Shown: piece by piece, positions 1-11,866 of the stretch
Layout: each line of letters begins with the position of its first letter
Position numbering within the stretch: the stretch's first letter is position 1
Assembly: GCA_977018835.1 (NCBI GenBank)
Contig: OZ361256.1
Span: 5,890,001 to 5,954,000, forward strand
Source: Minutocellus sp. GHC0000111
Taxonomy: Eukaryota
Reading direction: 5' to 3'
Length of the DNA: 64,000 bases
The notes under the pieces: model-generated
Databases searched by the model: none
Told to the model about the DNA's origin: nothing
Seen by the model: only the letters and a program-made list of their open reading frames with translations
Program-made: the position numbers and the translations under genes

Positions 1-1102
1 TGTCCGAGAAGAGGCTTTCACCCCTTCCCTTGGCCGCCATGCCTTCACGGACCAATGAATTGGCAACGCGTTCCCACTCGGCACTATTGCCAACAATGAG
101 AGATGGAACGTGTGACTCGTAGGTGGTGAACTGCCCCTCGTTGGGCAGGCTCGAGCCATAAACGGCAGGGTCAATGTTGAGAGGAGATGTGTCGTAGTCC
201 GTCATCCAACCACCTCCGCTGGCGGCCATGGCAACGTGACGGAGGTAACAGGAGCGGTCGTAGAAGACGTTGTCTCCCAAAGGAACTTCCTTGAGCTTGG
301 CGTCGATATCGGCAAAGTCGGGGTGGGCCTCGGCATCCTTGATGCTTAGGATGCGCTGCAATCATGTTGAAGGAAGGAGACGATAATACAAATATCCTTG
401 TGTGAGATGCCGGTCGTTATCGATATCGTTTCCACCCTTCCACCCCATGCACAAAAGAAATAAATACACGTAATGTAGGAACCACCACAAAGCACCCAAA
501 CTGGAGTCGATACTACTTACCGGGTTCCATCTGGCGCCGGACCAGGCCTGCTTCCAAACCGCCAAGGTCTCGGCGTCGATCTGGCTGATCTGCCGCCCCT
601 CCGGTATTGCGAAGAAGGTGTTGACCACCGGACGAGGATCGGTCTCGTCGAACGCAAAGATGTTGGATTCGTCGGCCAGAAATGGCTCGGCGAGCTTTTG
701 CACCGTTTGAACAATGGCAGGATCGACCTCGTTCACCGTGGCAAGTCTGCGCGAAGATGAGCCACGAAGGGCGTCGGAGGAGGCGGCGGCGGCGGCGAGC
801 CTTCGAGAATGCCGAAGGTTGCCGCCTGCTGCTGTGCTGCCCAAACTGCCAAACTGGCCGGAGGACGACAGCATGAGTACCGCCGCGCCGGATGCCGCCC
901 AAAGAGCGGCCGAAAGCATCCTTGGTTTCGCACCGGCTTGGACTAGTTGGTGCAGCGATCGGTGCGACAGAAGATGGTCGTTCTCGATACTAACGGTAGT
1001 AGAAGGACGTGGCCGATGGTGCCGGCGGCTACTGCGGCTGCTGCTGCTGCCGCGACGACGCTGCTGCCTTTGCTGTTCGACGGGAGCAGTTGACAATGGC
1101 AT
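1..1102 (-). CDS. Type II membrane protein, putative DxD-type glycosyltransferase-like (3' end beyond the window); exons 1102-521 and 355-<1
   Basis: N-terminal TM segment and RRL motifs. A GTAAGT...TTGCAG intron (520-356) joins ...WKQAWSGARWNP to RILSIKDAEAHPDF...CYLRHVAMAASGGGWMTDYDT in frame. The DYD motif is DxD-like. Confidence 0.6.
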
Positions 1103-1375
1103 CTTGACTATGTAGAAATTCTAGTAGTATGCCGACCCGGTAGCCTACTTACGCAGAAGATGGTTGAGCAGCTTATATTGGCTTGGGTGTGAGGCAGGCA
1201 GTGCTAGTGTACTAGTAGACAGTGCTGTAGGTGGATTATTTCCAGGTATGCATGTCATGTTGGAAGTCATGGCCCTGCTCTAATGGCCTCTTTCTCAGCG
1301 ATCACGGAGGCATTGTTGTGTCAGATGTTTGTGTCCTGCGCGTGACCCCAACACCAAAACTGGCATTTCGGGGCC

Positions 1376-4014
1376 ATGTCAGCTGGCTCCTGCTGCTGGT
1401 GCGAAGCTGCGAAGCTTATGAAAGCGGCGACGGCCTTGGCCCTGCCTGGAGGAAGATCAGGAGCTTCCGCAACAGCACATATTGCCGGTAGCGGCAATGA
1501 AACCGTAACCAGCATCATCATGCCCGCATTCCAGAACAACACTATCAATAGTAGTAGTCCCAGTCCCAGCCGTCGACAAAGAAGACGGCGGAGGGGGCTT
1601 TTCGTGATGGGCGTCACCGGCGTCGTCGGGGCCCTGGGCGTGCTGCAGCGGTCGTCTACCCTCCCCCCGTCGTCGAGCGATAATTATCAACACCAGTCGT
1701 CTTTTTCTTCTTTCTCCCAACACGGCGGCATGCTCCAGCTTCGCGACGACAATGGCGCTGTTGCTGCGGGATTATTCCGCCTGTTCGGCTTGGCCACGAA
1801 CGGCCATTCTTACGGCCACGGCCGGAGCCTTTCGCTCACCCTCCCCGACGGGTCGGAATGCCGCACCGACAACCAAAACGATGAAGCACCGCCCATTACC
1901 ACGCATCTGTCCGACCGGCCCCTATCGGATCCCGCCGTCCTGGCGTCGTATCCCGGGAGCGGATCCGAAATGACGAAAACGCTCGTCGAGGGACTCACCC
2001 ACCTGGCCACCGGGGACGAGCACGTTACCCACCTGCGCGACATTGTGCCTCTGGACAGGTACGTGGCCGTCACTGCCCACTTCCCCCACAAAGTAATGGG
2101 CGACGAGGCGATGCGGACGGAAACCGAGTACGTGCCCGATATCGATGATCTGCCCGCCGATGGCGATTTGCAGCAGCAGGACGATCACGAGCAGCAGGAC
2201 GACCGACGGACCTTCCCCCGGGCCACCCTCCTCCTGCGCAACCCGGCCGACGCCCTCGCGGAATTTCACGACGAGATGTATTATAACAATCGTCGCAGTT
2301 CCGATCCCACCGACCCCACCGCCGCGCGGGCCCCCCTCGACACTAGCATCGACGAGTGGGTGGCGTGGAGGGACGCCCACTTTGCCGAGGAGGTGCAGGC
2401 GTGGGAGGACCACACGGCGTACTGGACGGCGCAGTATGCCCCCTCCCGCAACAAGAGGCTCGTCGTGACGTACGAGGGCATGACGGGAGAGGAATCGGGT
2501 CCGAGGGCGGCCCATCTGTTGGCCGACTTTTTGGGACAGGTGAAGGGGGTAAATGCAGTGGAGGGGACCGACGTCGACTGCGTTTGGACCGGGATTGTTC
2601 AGAAGTACATCAGGGACAAGGGCAAGGGGGAGGAGGTTCAGGTTCACGGCCCGCCACCGCCACCAGCAGCCGCAGCCGCAGCCGCAGCCGAGGAAGAACA
2701 GCAGCAGCAGCAGCATTTGGAAGCTTCCAACCAACAGACGCAAGAGGAAGCTGTGGTAGATCTACTAGTACCCGTCGAGACGGAGCGTCGTGATCGCCGC
2801 CGCCGACTGCAGGTGGACGCCACTCGCGACTCCGACTCCATCGCCCGGACGGCCGGGTCCAAGCAGTTCCGACCCTACATCCAGGAACAGATCGCCGAGA
2901 TGCTGGCCATGCTCGACCGCCTCCGGGATCGGTTCGGCGGCGACGGCAACGGAGACAACGACGACCTCCTGTCGGTCCTGGACTTTTACTCCGAGCAGAT
3001 ACGACGAACGTACATCATCGACGTTGAGCAGCAGCAGGAGACCGTCGTAGCTGCTGCTGAGGCCAACCAGTATCTCATCCGTGGCAACCAAATGCAAAAC
3101 ATCCAACCATCCGCGAAGCCGGATCCCTCGCTCGCGGTGTACAGTCAGGCCCTCCGTCGAGTGGACGAACCAGAAGCGCTTTCGTCGGCTGTAAGTCAAT
3201 TCAGTGGAAACTATATTTTGGTAACTATTATATTACAGATGTATCATTTCATTTTGTCGCACCATTCCCCCCCTTTCTTCGCGATTCCTTTCTACACACA
3301 CAGGACAAAGCATTCTTCTATCACATCCCCAAGGCCGGCGGAACAAGCATCGAGGCTTACTACCACTACTGCCTTGACATACCAATGCCGCACATCGACG
3401 CCGTTGAGGGTATCGACGCGGATGCATTTGAAGAGGCATCGTTTTTGAAGACCAACATGATGCACCACAAATCACTCTTCCTAGACAAGCCGTTCAAGGC
3501 CCGTGTCTTCTCCGTCTTCAGACATCCGGTGGAACAGGTGCAATCGGAGTACTACTACCTTCAAACGGCCTTATGGGAGAAGGGGTACAACAAAGACCTA
3601 GGCAAGCAAATGAGCCTGGAGGAATATGCCGCCTCCCGTCCCAACCGAATGACCCAGAATGTGTTGCAAATCGGCCACAGGCACCATCCCTTGGTCAATG
3701 ACGAGAGCCTCGCCAGGGCCAAAACTATCCTTCGTGACTACGTCATGGTCGGCCTCTTGGACCACATGGTGGAAAGTGTGGCCCGCTTCGACACATACCT
3801 GGGCACAGCAGATCTGACACCCGACAGGGAGAAAATCGACCAATGCCGTGATTTGCTAGCCCAAAAGCATGAAAATACTGGCAAGCATCCCAAATTGACG
3901 GAAGATAGTGAAGAGTGGAGGCAGGTTGCCGCCCACAACGAACATGACATCGCCCTGTACGAGTATGCCGTCCAACTCTTTTCAGAGCAGGGCAGTTTGT
4001 ACCCCCAGCAGTAG
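1376..4014 (+). CDS. Membrane-anchored protein with two sulfotransferase-like domains; exons ~1376-3190 and 3304-4014 (start may be the later Met near 1519)
   Basis: TM segment; first PAPS-loop-like motif LASYPGSGS plus LLLRNPADA. A phase-0 intron GTAAGT(3191)...CACAG(3303) leads into FYHIPKAGGTS and FRHPVEQVQSEYYY, typical sulfotransferase 5'-PSB/3'-PB motifs. Confidence 0.75.
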
Positions 4015-4206
4015 CTCTCTCTGTCTCTTTTCATGAGGCAGTGGGCCGCTGCTTCTTCTGTATAATTTAGATTTTCGATTGTTTTCTTTGGATTTACCGT
4101 ATTCAAATAGATTTATTTTTAAGCTCTTCTTTGCTCCCCCTTCATAGTGTCTCGTGATGGCTGGCATGGATGGTTGGCAGAGAGGCTCGGAACCTTCTTA
4201 CCGGTA

Positions 4207-4385
4207 CCGGACTGTCCCCGAAAATAAGCATATCCATTCTGGAGCTGAGGTCTCAATATGCTTATTTTGGAATGAGGCATATGAACACGGATGAGATACC
4301 AATTGGTTCTTAGAATAAGCAATAGGCCCAAAATCTGAGGTCTCAAACAAGCATGTCAAATATGCTTATTTTCGGGGACGGACTG
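4207..4385. mobile_element. Short MITE (~180 bp), TA-flanked, related to the adjacent MITE
   Basis: TIR core GTCCCCGAAAATAAGCATAT on the left and ATATGCTTATTTTCGGGGACGGACTG on the right. TA at 4205-4206 and 4386-4387. The left tip is degenerate. Confidence 0.75.
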
Positions 4386-4704
4386 TATAGATCTCCATGT
4401 ACAGTCCGTCCCCAGCGATAAGAATATTCAGTATTCTTATTTCAGGGCTTAGATTCCGGATAAAATAAGCATATTGAGGGCTTAGATTTGGGTGATATTC
4501 TTATTTTGGGTGCATGGCAAAGGGAAATTTGTGTGGTGGAATGCTCGTCAAAATTTTCCTTTTCCACCTGCGCAAATTAAGAGGGCGCTGTCCATAATTT
4601 TCCCCGTTTTTAATCCCCCTTATTCTTATTTCTTATGACGAGCGAAGCATGACAAAAACTCGACCCCACCATGAGAATCGCCGCTCTGCCCCCTCTTCAT
4701 TACG

Positions 4705-5934
4705 ATGAAGCGCAGCGCTGATAATAGTGCCGGCCCGGCCCACAACGCAGATACGCGGTTGCGGAAACTCAAGACAGATAACTCCGGTCGCCCGATTTTG
4801 CCTGTTGACAAGAAGAAAGAGAAGGCGGAGGACAAAGCGAAAGACGCCGTTACCGAGATACTGGAGGGCCTCGCCGTCACGTTGGAGAACGACCCGAACG
4901 GACAAGGACGAGAATTATGGAACAATCCCGGCGTCGGCCATGCACTTCAACATCTTGTCAAAGCAGTCGAGGCTCGCGCTGATAAGTATCATGTTCGGGA
5001 TGATATTGATGTCGCTGCTGAGCGGCCCGGCCTCGTAGTTACCAACCTGTCCGTGGCTGATGTGAAGTTGAGGCTGACGGTCGGCATCGTCGATCAATTG
5101 CAAGATCCCATGTTTGACGCCGGACCTGAATTCTTCCCTATATTTCAACTTAATGGGAAACGGATCGATATTGGATCGGCTCTTGCTGCGCACGGCCGAC
5201 CTTTCAACACCACATCGCTTACTTTGCTTGATGGAAGCGGAAAGCTTATCGTCGCTCGTGTTGCCCTGACAATTACCGAAAAGGCCCGAAGTCTACAACA
5301 GGGCCATGTGATCAAATTGACAAAGTTCCACCGATGGCATGTGGCTCCATATGATGACATACACTCTACTGCTGGGATTGGACTAGTTGATTTTGATATT
5401 GTTGGAATGGGCCAACTTCTGCAGGTAGATGGTGGGCCATCAGCAGCGATCAGATCGGACACGGATGCTCTTGTTGCGGCCGTTTGTGAGGAAGCCGACG
5501 ATGATCCGACGGCAGCGCCGGAGGCAGACACATTCGGTAATTGGGACGAGACCAGAGAGAGGCCGCCAATACCCCCTGCTTGCTGCACTGCCGCCAACCG
5601 AAGCTGCTCAATGTACGGCACACTCTTCTTTCAGAAATGCGTCTGCGAAGAAATGCTGGTGCCGACGGAGGAGGACCTGGAGGATATCGCTGACAAATAC
5701 TACGCAACCACCATGCCAGTCGAAGCCATGGCAAATAATTTGAAGAGGAACATGCTGTATTGGTACTATGCAACTGAGGTGTATCATGTGAGAGGTTGGC
5801 TTGATCGGAAGCCCTTGCCAACCTGTCTAGTCTTTTGCATTAGGTTCATTTATCCAAATGATAAAGGTGAACGATATGTTGGATTCATCCCTGGTCATCA
5901 AGATGAAGAGGAAGAAGAAGAGGAAAATGCATAA
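4705..5934 (+). CDS. Kolobok accessory protein (KolX-like; C-terminal P2X7-ballast-like Cys domain; central RPA70N-like OB fold)
   Basis: Intact 409-aa ORF. The C-terminal CVC...NNLKRNMLYWYY...G...RKPLPTCLVFCIRFIYP...YVGF matches the R..AY.....G...R..+P.C....IR..+P....Y.GF pattern of KolX/P2X7 ballast domains. Confidence 0.7.
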   Translation: MKRSADNSAGPAHNADTRLRKLKTDNSGRPILPVDKKKEKAEDKAKDAVTEILEGLAVTLENDPNGQGRELWNNPGVGHALQHLVKAVEARADKYHVRDDIDVAAERPGLVVTNLSVADVKLRLTVGIVDQLQDPMFDAGPEFFPIFQLNGKRIDIGSALAAHGRPFNTTSLTLLDGSGKLIVARVALTITEKARSLQQGHVIKLTKFHRWHVAPYDDIHSTAGIGLVDFDIVGMGQLLQVDGGPSAAIRSDTDALVAAVCEEADDDPTAAPEADTFGNWDETRERPPIPPACCTAANRSCSMYGTLFFQKCVCEEMLVPTEEDLEDIADKYYATTMPVEAMANNLKRNMLYWYYATEVYHVRGWLDRKPLPTCLVFCIRFIYPNDKGERYVGFIPGHQDEEEEEEENA

Positions 5935-6038
5935 TCATTACCTCAACACATGTAGATAACAAGAATGTGCGTAGCACGTGAGTAACAGCACACAATAAAT
6001 CCATTTTTATTTACAGTGATAAAATATTTTACACGTGT

Positions 6039-8352
6039 TTACAAGCTGCCATTTTCTCTCAGTATCGCCGGCATCCAAGAGCTAACATCATTTGCCGATA
6101 CACCGAAGTTTGTCTTAGCTTTCTTATTATTTCTTGCAGATTTCTTGTTGCTGCCTGGGCTTCTGCGCTTCTTTCCGGCGTAAACGACAACGTCGTCAGC
6201 ATCGTAGCATTGACATTCAGCCCGAGTGTGGCCAAGCTGCTTGCATTTCTGACACTGCTGGTCAATCTTCTTCTTGCGGCCAGGCTTTGCTGGTTTCGCC
6301 TTACCAGCAGCTAGGGCCCTGTTCTTCTTGTACACATAGTCCTTGTCGTCTTTCTCGCTTCTGTTTCGCAAGGCTGCTCGAAGGCGCTTGCTGTCGCTCT
6401 TGCTCTTTTTGTACTCATCGGTGCGCTTACGCGCAAGGTCGCCCTCGAGCTTCCGGTCAATTGCATCGAATCCATCTTTTCGGGTAGGAGAATCCCTCGA
6501 TCCCAACTTTCCAAGAACTCGCTCATTGAATTCCGTACCCAGTGACTTGTGGCCAGCGGCTCTACTTGTTGCATTTGGGTAGGCGTCTGAAGCAGTCAAA
6601 TTCGGCCTTTTCCCCATCGTGAACTTCGTCACCATCCCGTTGAGCTGTTCGACGCCGGTGGTAGATTCCTTCTTGCAGTTGGAGTCGGCAGTATTCTTGT
6701 TGATTCTCTTGGTTATTTCAAGCGTCATCTTGCGAATCGTGTCGTCACTAATCTCCAATATGTCGCCATCGAATTGATTCCCCGAGCTCCATTCCTCATC
6801 GAGCTTGCCATCACTCCAATCAGGATGAGCAATGCTGAGGCGAATCCAATCACACGTGTTGGTGGTGCAAAAAGTGTGAATGCCACATTGGTGACGAACG
6901 ACGGACTGGAGTTCTTTCTGAAGGAGGGCCAGATGACTTTGTTTTTCCTCCTCGGACACAGCACCATCGGGCTGATCGAGAACGCTGTGCTTGTGCCGAT
7001 CAGTAATCTTCGAAATGTCCTGTTTCATCCGATTGATGCGTGGTCGGGGGATGGCATTAAAATTTTCAACTCCCAACATTCTCGGCCAGATGCTCCTCTG
7101 CCACACCGGCGGAGTAGGAAGAGTTGCGATAGCAGAAGCCATCATGGTCGCACAGGGCCAGCATCTCATCCTTGCTCATGTTTTTGAGCTCACTAGGCGT
7201 TATTGGATTGCCGGCTTCCCGCCTCTCCCTCAATCTTGCATTGCAGGCTCTCACGCAATAGTGGCAGCTTGCCTGAGAGATTCCCTTGTCAACAACAAGG
7301 CCAGTTTCCTTGTCTACGGCAAACACCGCTGCAGCAGAGCCAGTGTAGCAATGGCCGTAGTCGCGTTTGAGGGCGCTGCCGTCTTGGGCCACCGTAACCA
7401 CCGCCGCCGTGTGCATCTCGCCGCCTTGTTCAAACTCAACAGTCTTGCTGCTAGCGGCATGTGCTTTTGCCCTGTTCTCGTCAATGATTTCATCAGCTGC
7501 TTCAATAGCCGCTGCTCTGCATTTCTTTTCCACCTGTCGGGCATTCTTTTCGGTCGGATGGACGATGTCGGCCTTCGTGCAGAAATTCATGAAGCGACTT
7601 GCGCACATGGCCTCATCTTCCGCTGCCTCCATCAGCTCCAAGTTCATTCCAGCCTGACTTCTAGAATGCTTTCTGCCGGGGCACACAACTTCTGACCTCT
7701 GGCCGATCCAAGTGCAAAAAGAAAAAGGTTGGTTGCATCTATCGCATCGCCATTCAAATGTAACGCCGAATCCACGCCGAACTGGCTCGGCCGAGAGACA
7801 CAGATTGCCGCACGATCGGTGGAGATTCTGTGCGAAGTCACACAGCTGCTTCATCTCAACCACAATTCTTTTGCCGTTGAGCTGCACGCCGGTGATGTTG
7901 GGACGATCGGTAGCGTTGGCGGTGGGAGTAGATGACCGACCGCCCGAAGAATTCTTGTCGGAATAATATTTCAGCATCGCGTTGAGATGGGGCCCATGCT
8001 TTTCATCGTCCTGGAAGTAATTTTCAGGCATGGTCGGCAGTGATCGCTTGCCATTGCGTTGAGAGCGTGGGCTGGCGTTATCGGCTATTCTGGAGAAGCG
8101 GTAGAAGGGCTTTGCAACGTCAAGGCCTGATATTTTCTCTGGACGTCGTCGTTGGACATTGACCTCGTGTCGTGTTGGGACGTGTTGAAGAGGTGATCGA
8201 ACAAGAGAGATCTCTAAGCTCGGCGATGCACCACCGCGCATCAAGATGCGGACAAGCTCATCAATAGTGTAGTAAGTACATCTGACGTCGTCTGGGAATG
8301 AGAGCAAGAGTGAGAGGATTGCCTCCTTGGCGTTAGCACGTGATGTTTCCAT
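6039..8352 (-). pseudogene. Kolobok-type ('Mutator-like' family) DDE transposase, disrupted near 7070 by a frameshifting internal deletion
   Basis: GFGVTFEWRCDRC Zn motif; VTVAQDGSALKR (first Asp); VDKETGLVVD...SCHYC; STTGVEQLN (Glu region); C-terminal CCHC knuckle CQKCKQLGHTRAEC. The expected second-Asp (DGD-type) segment is absent at the frame switch. Confidence 0.8.
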
Positions 8353-9781
8353 GGTTGTTTTTTTGTTTTGTGTCGGTTCTGGCGCAAGATGCGCTTTTCG
8401 ATGAGAACCTTACAAAAAGAACCCCAAATGAGGGAGACGTGCAAAAATACCCCAAACAAATATCCCCTTACCTCCCAACAGCAAAACTTCAAGATATCTT
8501 AACCAGCACCACCAATGCTGGTTGTGCGTCGGCCGAGACTAATTTCGGTCGATCCGACGATGATGTGTGCGTCGACCATTACATTTCTGAGGGAGAGTTG
8601 ATTCATCGAAGTTCCTCTGAACCAAGTGTTCCTGGAGGGATTTACGACTTAATGCTGAAAGGAACGTCGATGACTCTTCGCCACTGTGGAGAGCGGCGGC
8701 CTTCGATGAGGAGCCCATTGTCACGTTGGAGTGCTAACTTTGGCGATGGTGCGAAGAAAAAACGGCACAAAACACGCATTTTGGGGGCTTCCTAAAAGTT
8801 ATGGACAGCGCCCTCTTAAGAAACCTGTCATCATGACAGATTTCTTTATGATGAAATAGAGAAAGAAAGCCGCAGCGCGCAAATCGGCCGCTCCGTCGAC
8901 TTTTGATTCATTCGCATGTGATTTCGCCCCCCTCCTCCTCGCCGCCTCTCCTGTTGCCAGTGCTGGCACTACAGGTAGCAGTACAACTGGCCTTAGGCCG
9001 TGCATGACATGTGTGGCTTGGCTCAATGCCGTGCAGACAGACTGTGCACACACGTAGAAAAATTGCCTGCTGCTGCACAGGCCCGGTCGGTCGGTCGGTC
9101 GGTGACTTGCCGTCGTCGTGCCTCCAGAGGGGGGGTCTCGGGACCCCAAAGCCGAAGAAAAATAAGAATAATATTCTTATCTCAGGGCTCAGATTTCAGT
9201 AGAAATAAGAATATTGAGGGCTTAGCAATTACCCCAATATTCTTATTGCTGGGGTCGGACTGCATGACGACGACTGACTCTGACTTGATTGATTGGCCAA
9301 AACTCTCCACCAGAAATGGAACATTCCGTTCTGCACATATTTTTTCGTCAAGTCTCGAATGTCCCTTGCTGATACTCCGGTCGACGAGCATGTGCTGCCT
9401 GTACGGTGAGCGGAAATGCTTTGCATGGAGAGGTCATCCATCCCAGCAAGAGATTGATTGGAGCAACCAATCAACCAGAGGCAGTTCTCCTTTAGTTTTT
9501 CCCCTTTGCGTTATCAAAAAAGTTCGTCAAAGTCTTTGTGTCCCCGCAAGCTGCAAGCAGCACAAGATGACTTTTCTGTGTCGGGCCATACGAAGTGTAC
9601 TTTCCCATGAACGACCAGCGGCATAGCACGGCCATGAGAAGCAAAGAGGCAGCCCAGCAGTGCCATTCTTCTTGCCCAAAAGGTCAATAGATGCAATTCG
9701 TAGTGGTACTGGTACTGAACTGCGCAGCCAGCTAGAGAGGACGAAGAGAGAGGGAGAGAGAAACATACACACACAAAAATA

Positions 9782-11682
9782 ATGAGGCCATTGCATGATG
9801 CACACGCATCATCCGCGCGAGCCGATCGAGACGACGCTTTTGACGTCGAGGCAATGCTTTCGGTGGCGTCGGCAAGAGTCAGGCCGACGTCCGCTGCAGT
9901 AGCGGCAGCGGTAGGAAAGAAACGCCGGCGCGGTCCTCCTCGGGCCGATGCCGGCGGCAGCTTGTTCATCCCGCCGTTTTCGTCGTCGTCGTCGTCGTCC
10001 CATCGGCGCTCCAAGGCAAGCAGATCATCGTCATCATTATCTGCTACTGCTGCTAATGCGGCTGCTACCAGAAAATCTTCCCAATCCAACCGCATCCTTT
10101 CCCTAACCCTCGTCGCCATCGGCTTCTTCGCCGTCCTTTCGGCCACCGACCATCGGGGGCTGCTGTCCCTCGACTCAGACTACTTGGCCTTCGGCACCAC
10201 GCCGACCGGCTACGTCCGCCGTCGTCTGGCCGAGGCGGCCGGGATCGTCGAACAACAAAAGCAGCACGCCTGCGCCGCCTTTTCCGTGTGCGGCGATCCG
10301 TGCGACGCGACCCGATCGCAAACCTGTACGGAGGCCATCGGCCAATGTTCGGCGACGATCGATCGGATCGACGGACCCCTCGGATCGACCCTGGCCGTCC
10401 TAAGTTCCAACCCGACGTACCGTCTCAAGGACATACTGTTTGTCATTGGCAACCGATACCGGTTGGATTCCATGACCATATTGGGCGAACCGCGCTACCG
10501 CGGCACGCTGTTGCGGGAAACCCTGGTCAGGACCTCCACCTACGACAAGTGGGGGAACGGCACCATGGTGTCCCTCCACAGCAGTCTGTCGCCCGATGAG
10601 GTGGAGGCCATGGTCCAAACCCGTTCGGACGTCGAGGGACAACCACCCGGGACGGCCTACATGGACGGCCGCGAGGGTGGCAACGGCATCTACCTCGCCG
10701 ATCGGGACGATACCATCCCCACCTTTGCCGGCCTGCTCAAACGGATGTACGAGGAGGGTCGATGCGAGGGTGTGGTCGGTCCCGACTACGGTGGTGGTGC
10801 CGACCAGCAGGTTCGGGGGGACCAGCCCCTCATCGTGTCGTATCGCATGGGCGACGAGACGTGGCCCAAGTCCGTCGCGGACGATTATGCCGCCAAGCTT
10901 GTGGCGGAGCTGTCATCCGTGTCGTCGGCTTCTCCGACGGACGAGGAGGGGGGCAACAGGGCGATGGTGAGGCCGAGACCGAGGCCAAGGCCGAGACTGA
11001 GACCGTACAGGAGAACACTAACGACGAGGAGGAGGAAGCCAGGGAGGCGGCGAATGAAGATGAAGGAGAAGGCGATACCGGCATCGAAATCCAAGAGCAG
11101 AGGAGGAGGCTGCAGTCTGTCAGCAGTAGCAGCAGCAGCAAGAGGGTGCAGATCCGAGGGGCTCTCCACTATGGCAACGACTGTCACTCGGGCCACTACT
11201 TCCGAACTCAGAATAGTGAGGTGGTGAACGTCCGAACGTTGAGTTACTTTGTCGAACAGCTCGAAAGGGGTGGCGTCGAGGTCGAGTGAGTAGCTGGGCT
11301 GCGTACTATTTTTTTGTTTGGGTGTCGATCAACTATCGTCGTTTATTTCTTGCATGCCGTATAATTCCTCATTCACTCACCTTTCAGCCTTCTCTTTTCA
11401 ATTGAATCATTTTTTCCCTCTTTTCTTGGCCCTCTCAGGATATTATCCAACGCAAGCGTCGACCAAGACATGTGCGCCTTTGTCTTTGGCCGGACGCCAC
11501 AGCAAAAGCCAGACTCCAACCGAGGATTCCAAGAGCTCGTCGGCAAGATCAACGACGAGTACGATGGCAAAGGATTCAAGAGTCCTCCGCCTACGGAGGA
11601 GGAGGAGCAGCAGCAGCAGCAGCAGCAAGAGGAAGAGAAGGAAGAACCCGAGACTGAACAAAGTACCGACCGGGAAGCCTGA
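9782..11682 (+). CDS. Type II membrane protein, possible GT11/GT23-like glycosyltransferase; frameshift in the G-run at ~10950; intron at ~11286-11438
   Basis: TM helix and RRRL motifs; VSYRMGD resembles HxRxGD. Adding one G restores the frame into ...GALHYGNDCHSGHYF.... A GTGAGT...CTCAG intron leads to ILSNASVDQDMCAFVFG. Confidence 0.5.
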
Positions 11683-11866
11683 AGTCGCGGCAGAATAATG
11701 AATTTAATACTATAATATATTTACATGTAAAAACAATGCAAGTATTGGTATGGTGTGGTGTTTCTAGATCTGCCTAACACGGTACCACTAGATCTACCAC
11801 CACTAGAACATTGTACGCTCAGTCCAAGATCTGCTTTTTTTGGTAACTGTTCTACTGTGCTATCTG

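Larger units (their letters stand above)
4581..8815. mobile_element. Kolobok-superfamily DNA transposon with two convergent ORFs
   Basis: TTAA TSD at 4577-4580 and 8816-8819. TIR GAGGGCGCTGTCCATAA(T/C)TTT. RR...YY termini. Encodes a DDE transposase (-) and a KolX-like ORF (+). Confidence 0.88.
4402..9262. mobile_element. Non-autonomous TIR element (MITE, ~620 bp when empty) split by a Kolobok insertion
   Basis: 27-bp TIRs: CAGTCCGTCCCCAGCGATAAGAATATT (4402) versus the reverse complement CAGTCCGACCCCAGCAATAAGAATATT (ending 9262), 2 mismatches. TA on the left, CA on the right. Subterminal AATAAG(A/C)ATATT and AGGGCT(T/C)AG repeats at both ends. Confidence 0.8.

Noticed and set aside
2650..2720. 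CAG/GCC/GAC trinucleotide runs here and at 11605, 13530, 14600 and 35180
   Set aside because: Ordinary coding microsatellites giving poly-Q/A/D/K tracts.
4402..9262. Treating the outer CAGTCCG TIRs as the ends of an autonomous element encoding both ORFs
   Set aside because: An inner TIR pair with a perfect TTAA TSD (4581-8815) bounds the ORFs and fits the transposase type.
8340..9626. ORFs of 151 and 208 aa in the transposon end and MITE
   Set aside because: No motifs; they overlap TIR and subterminal non-coding sequence.
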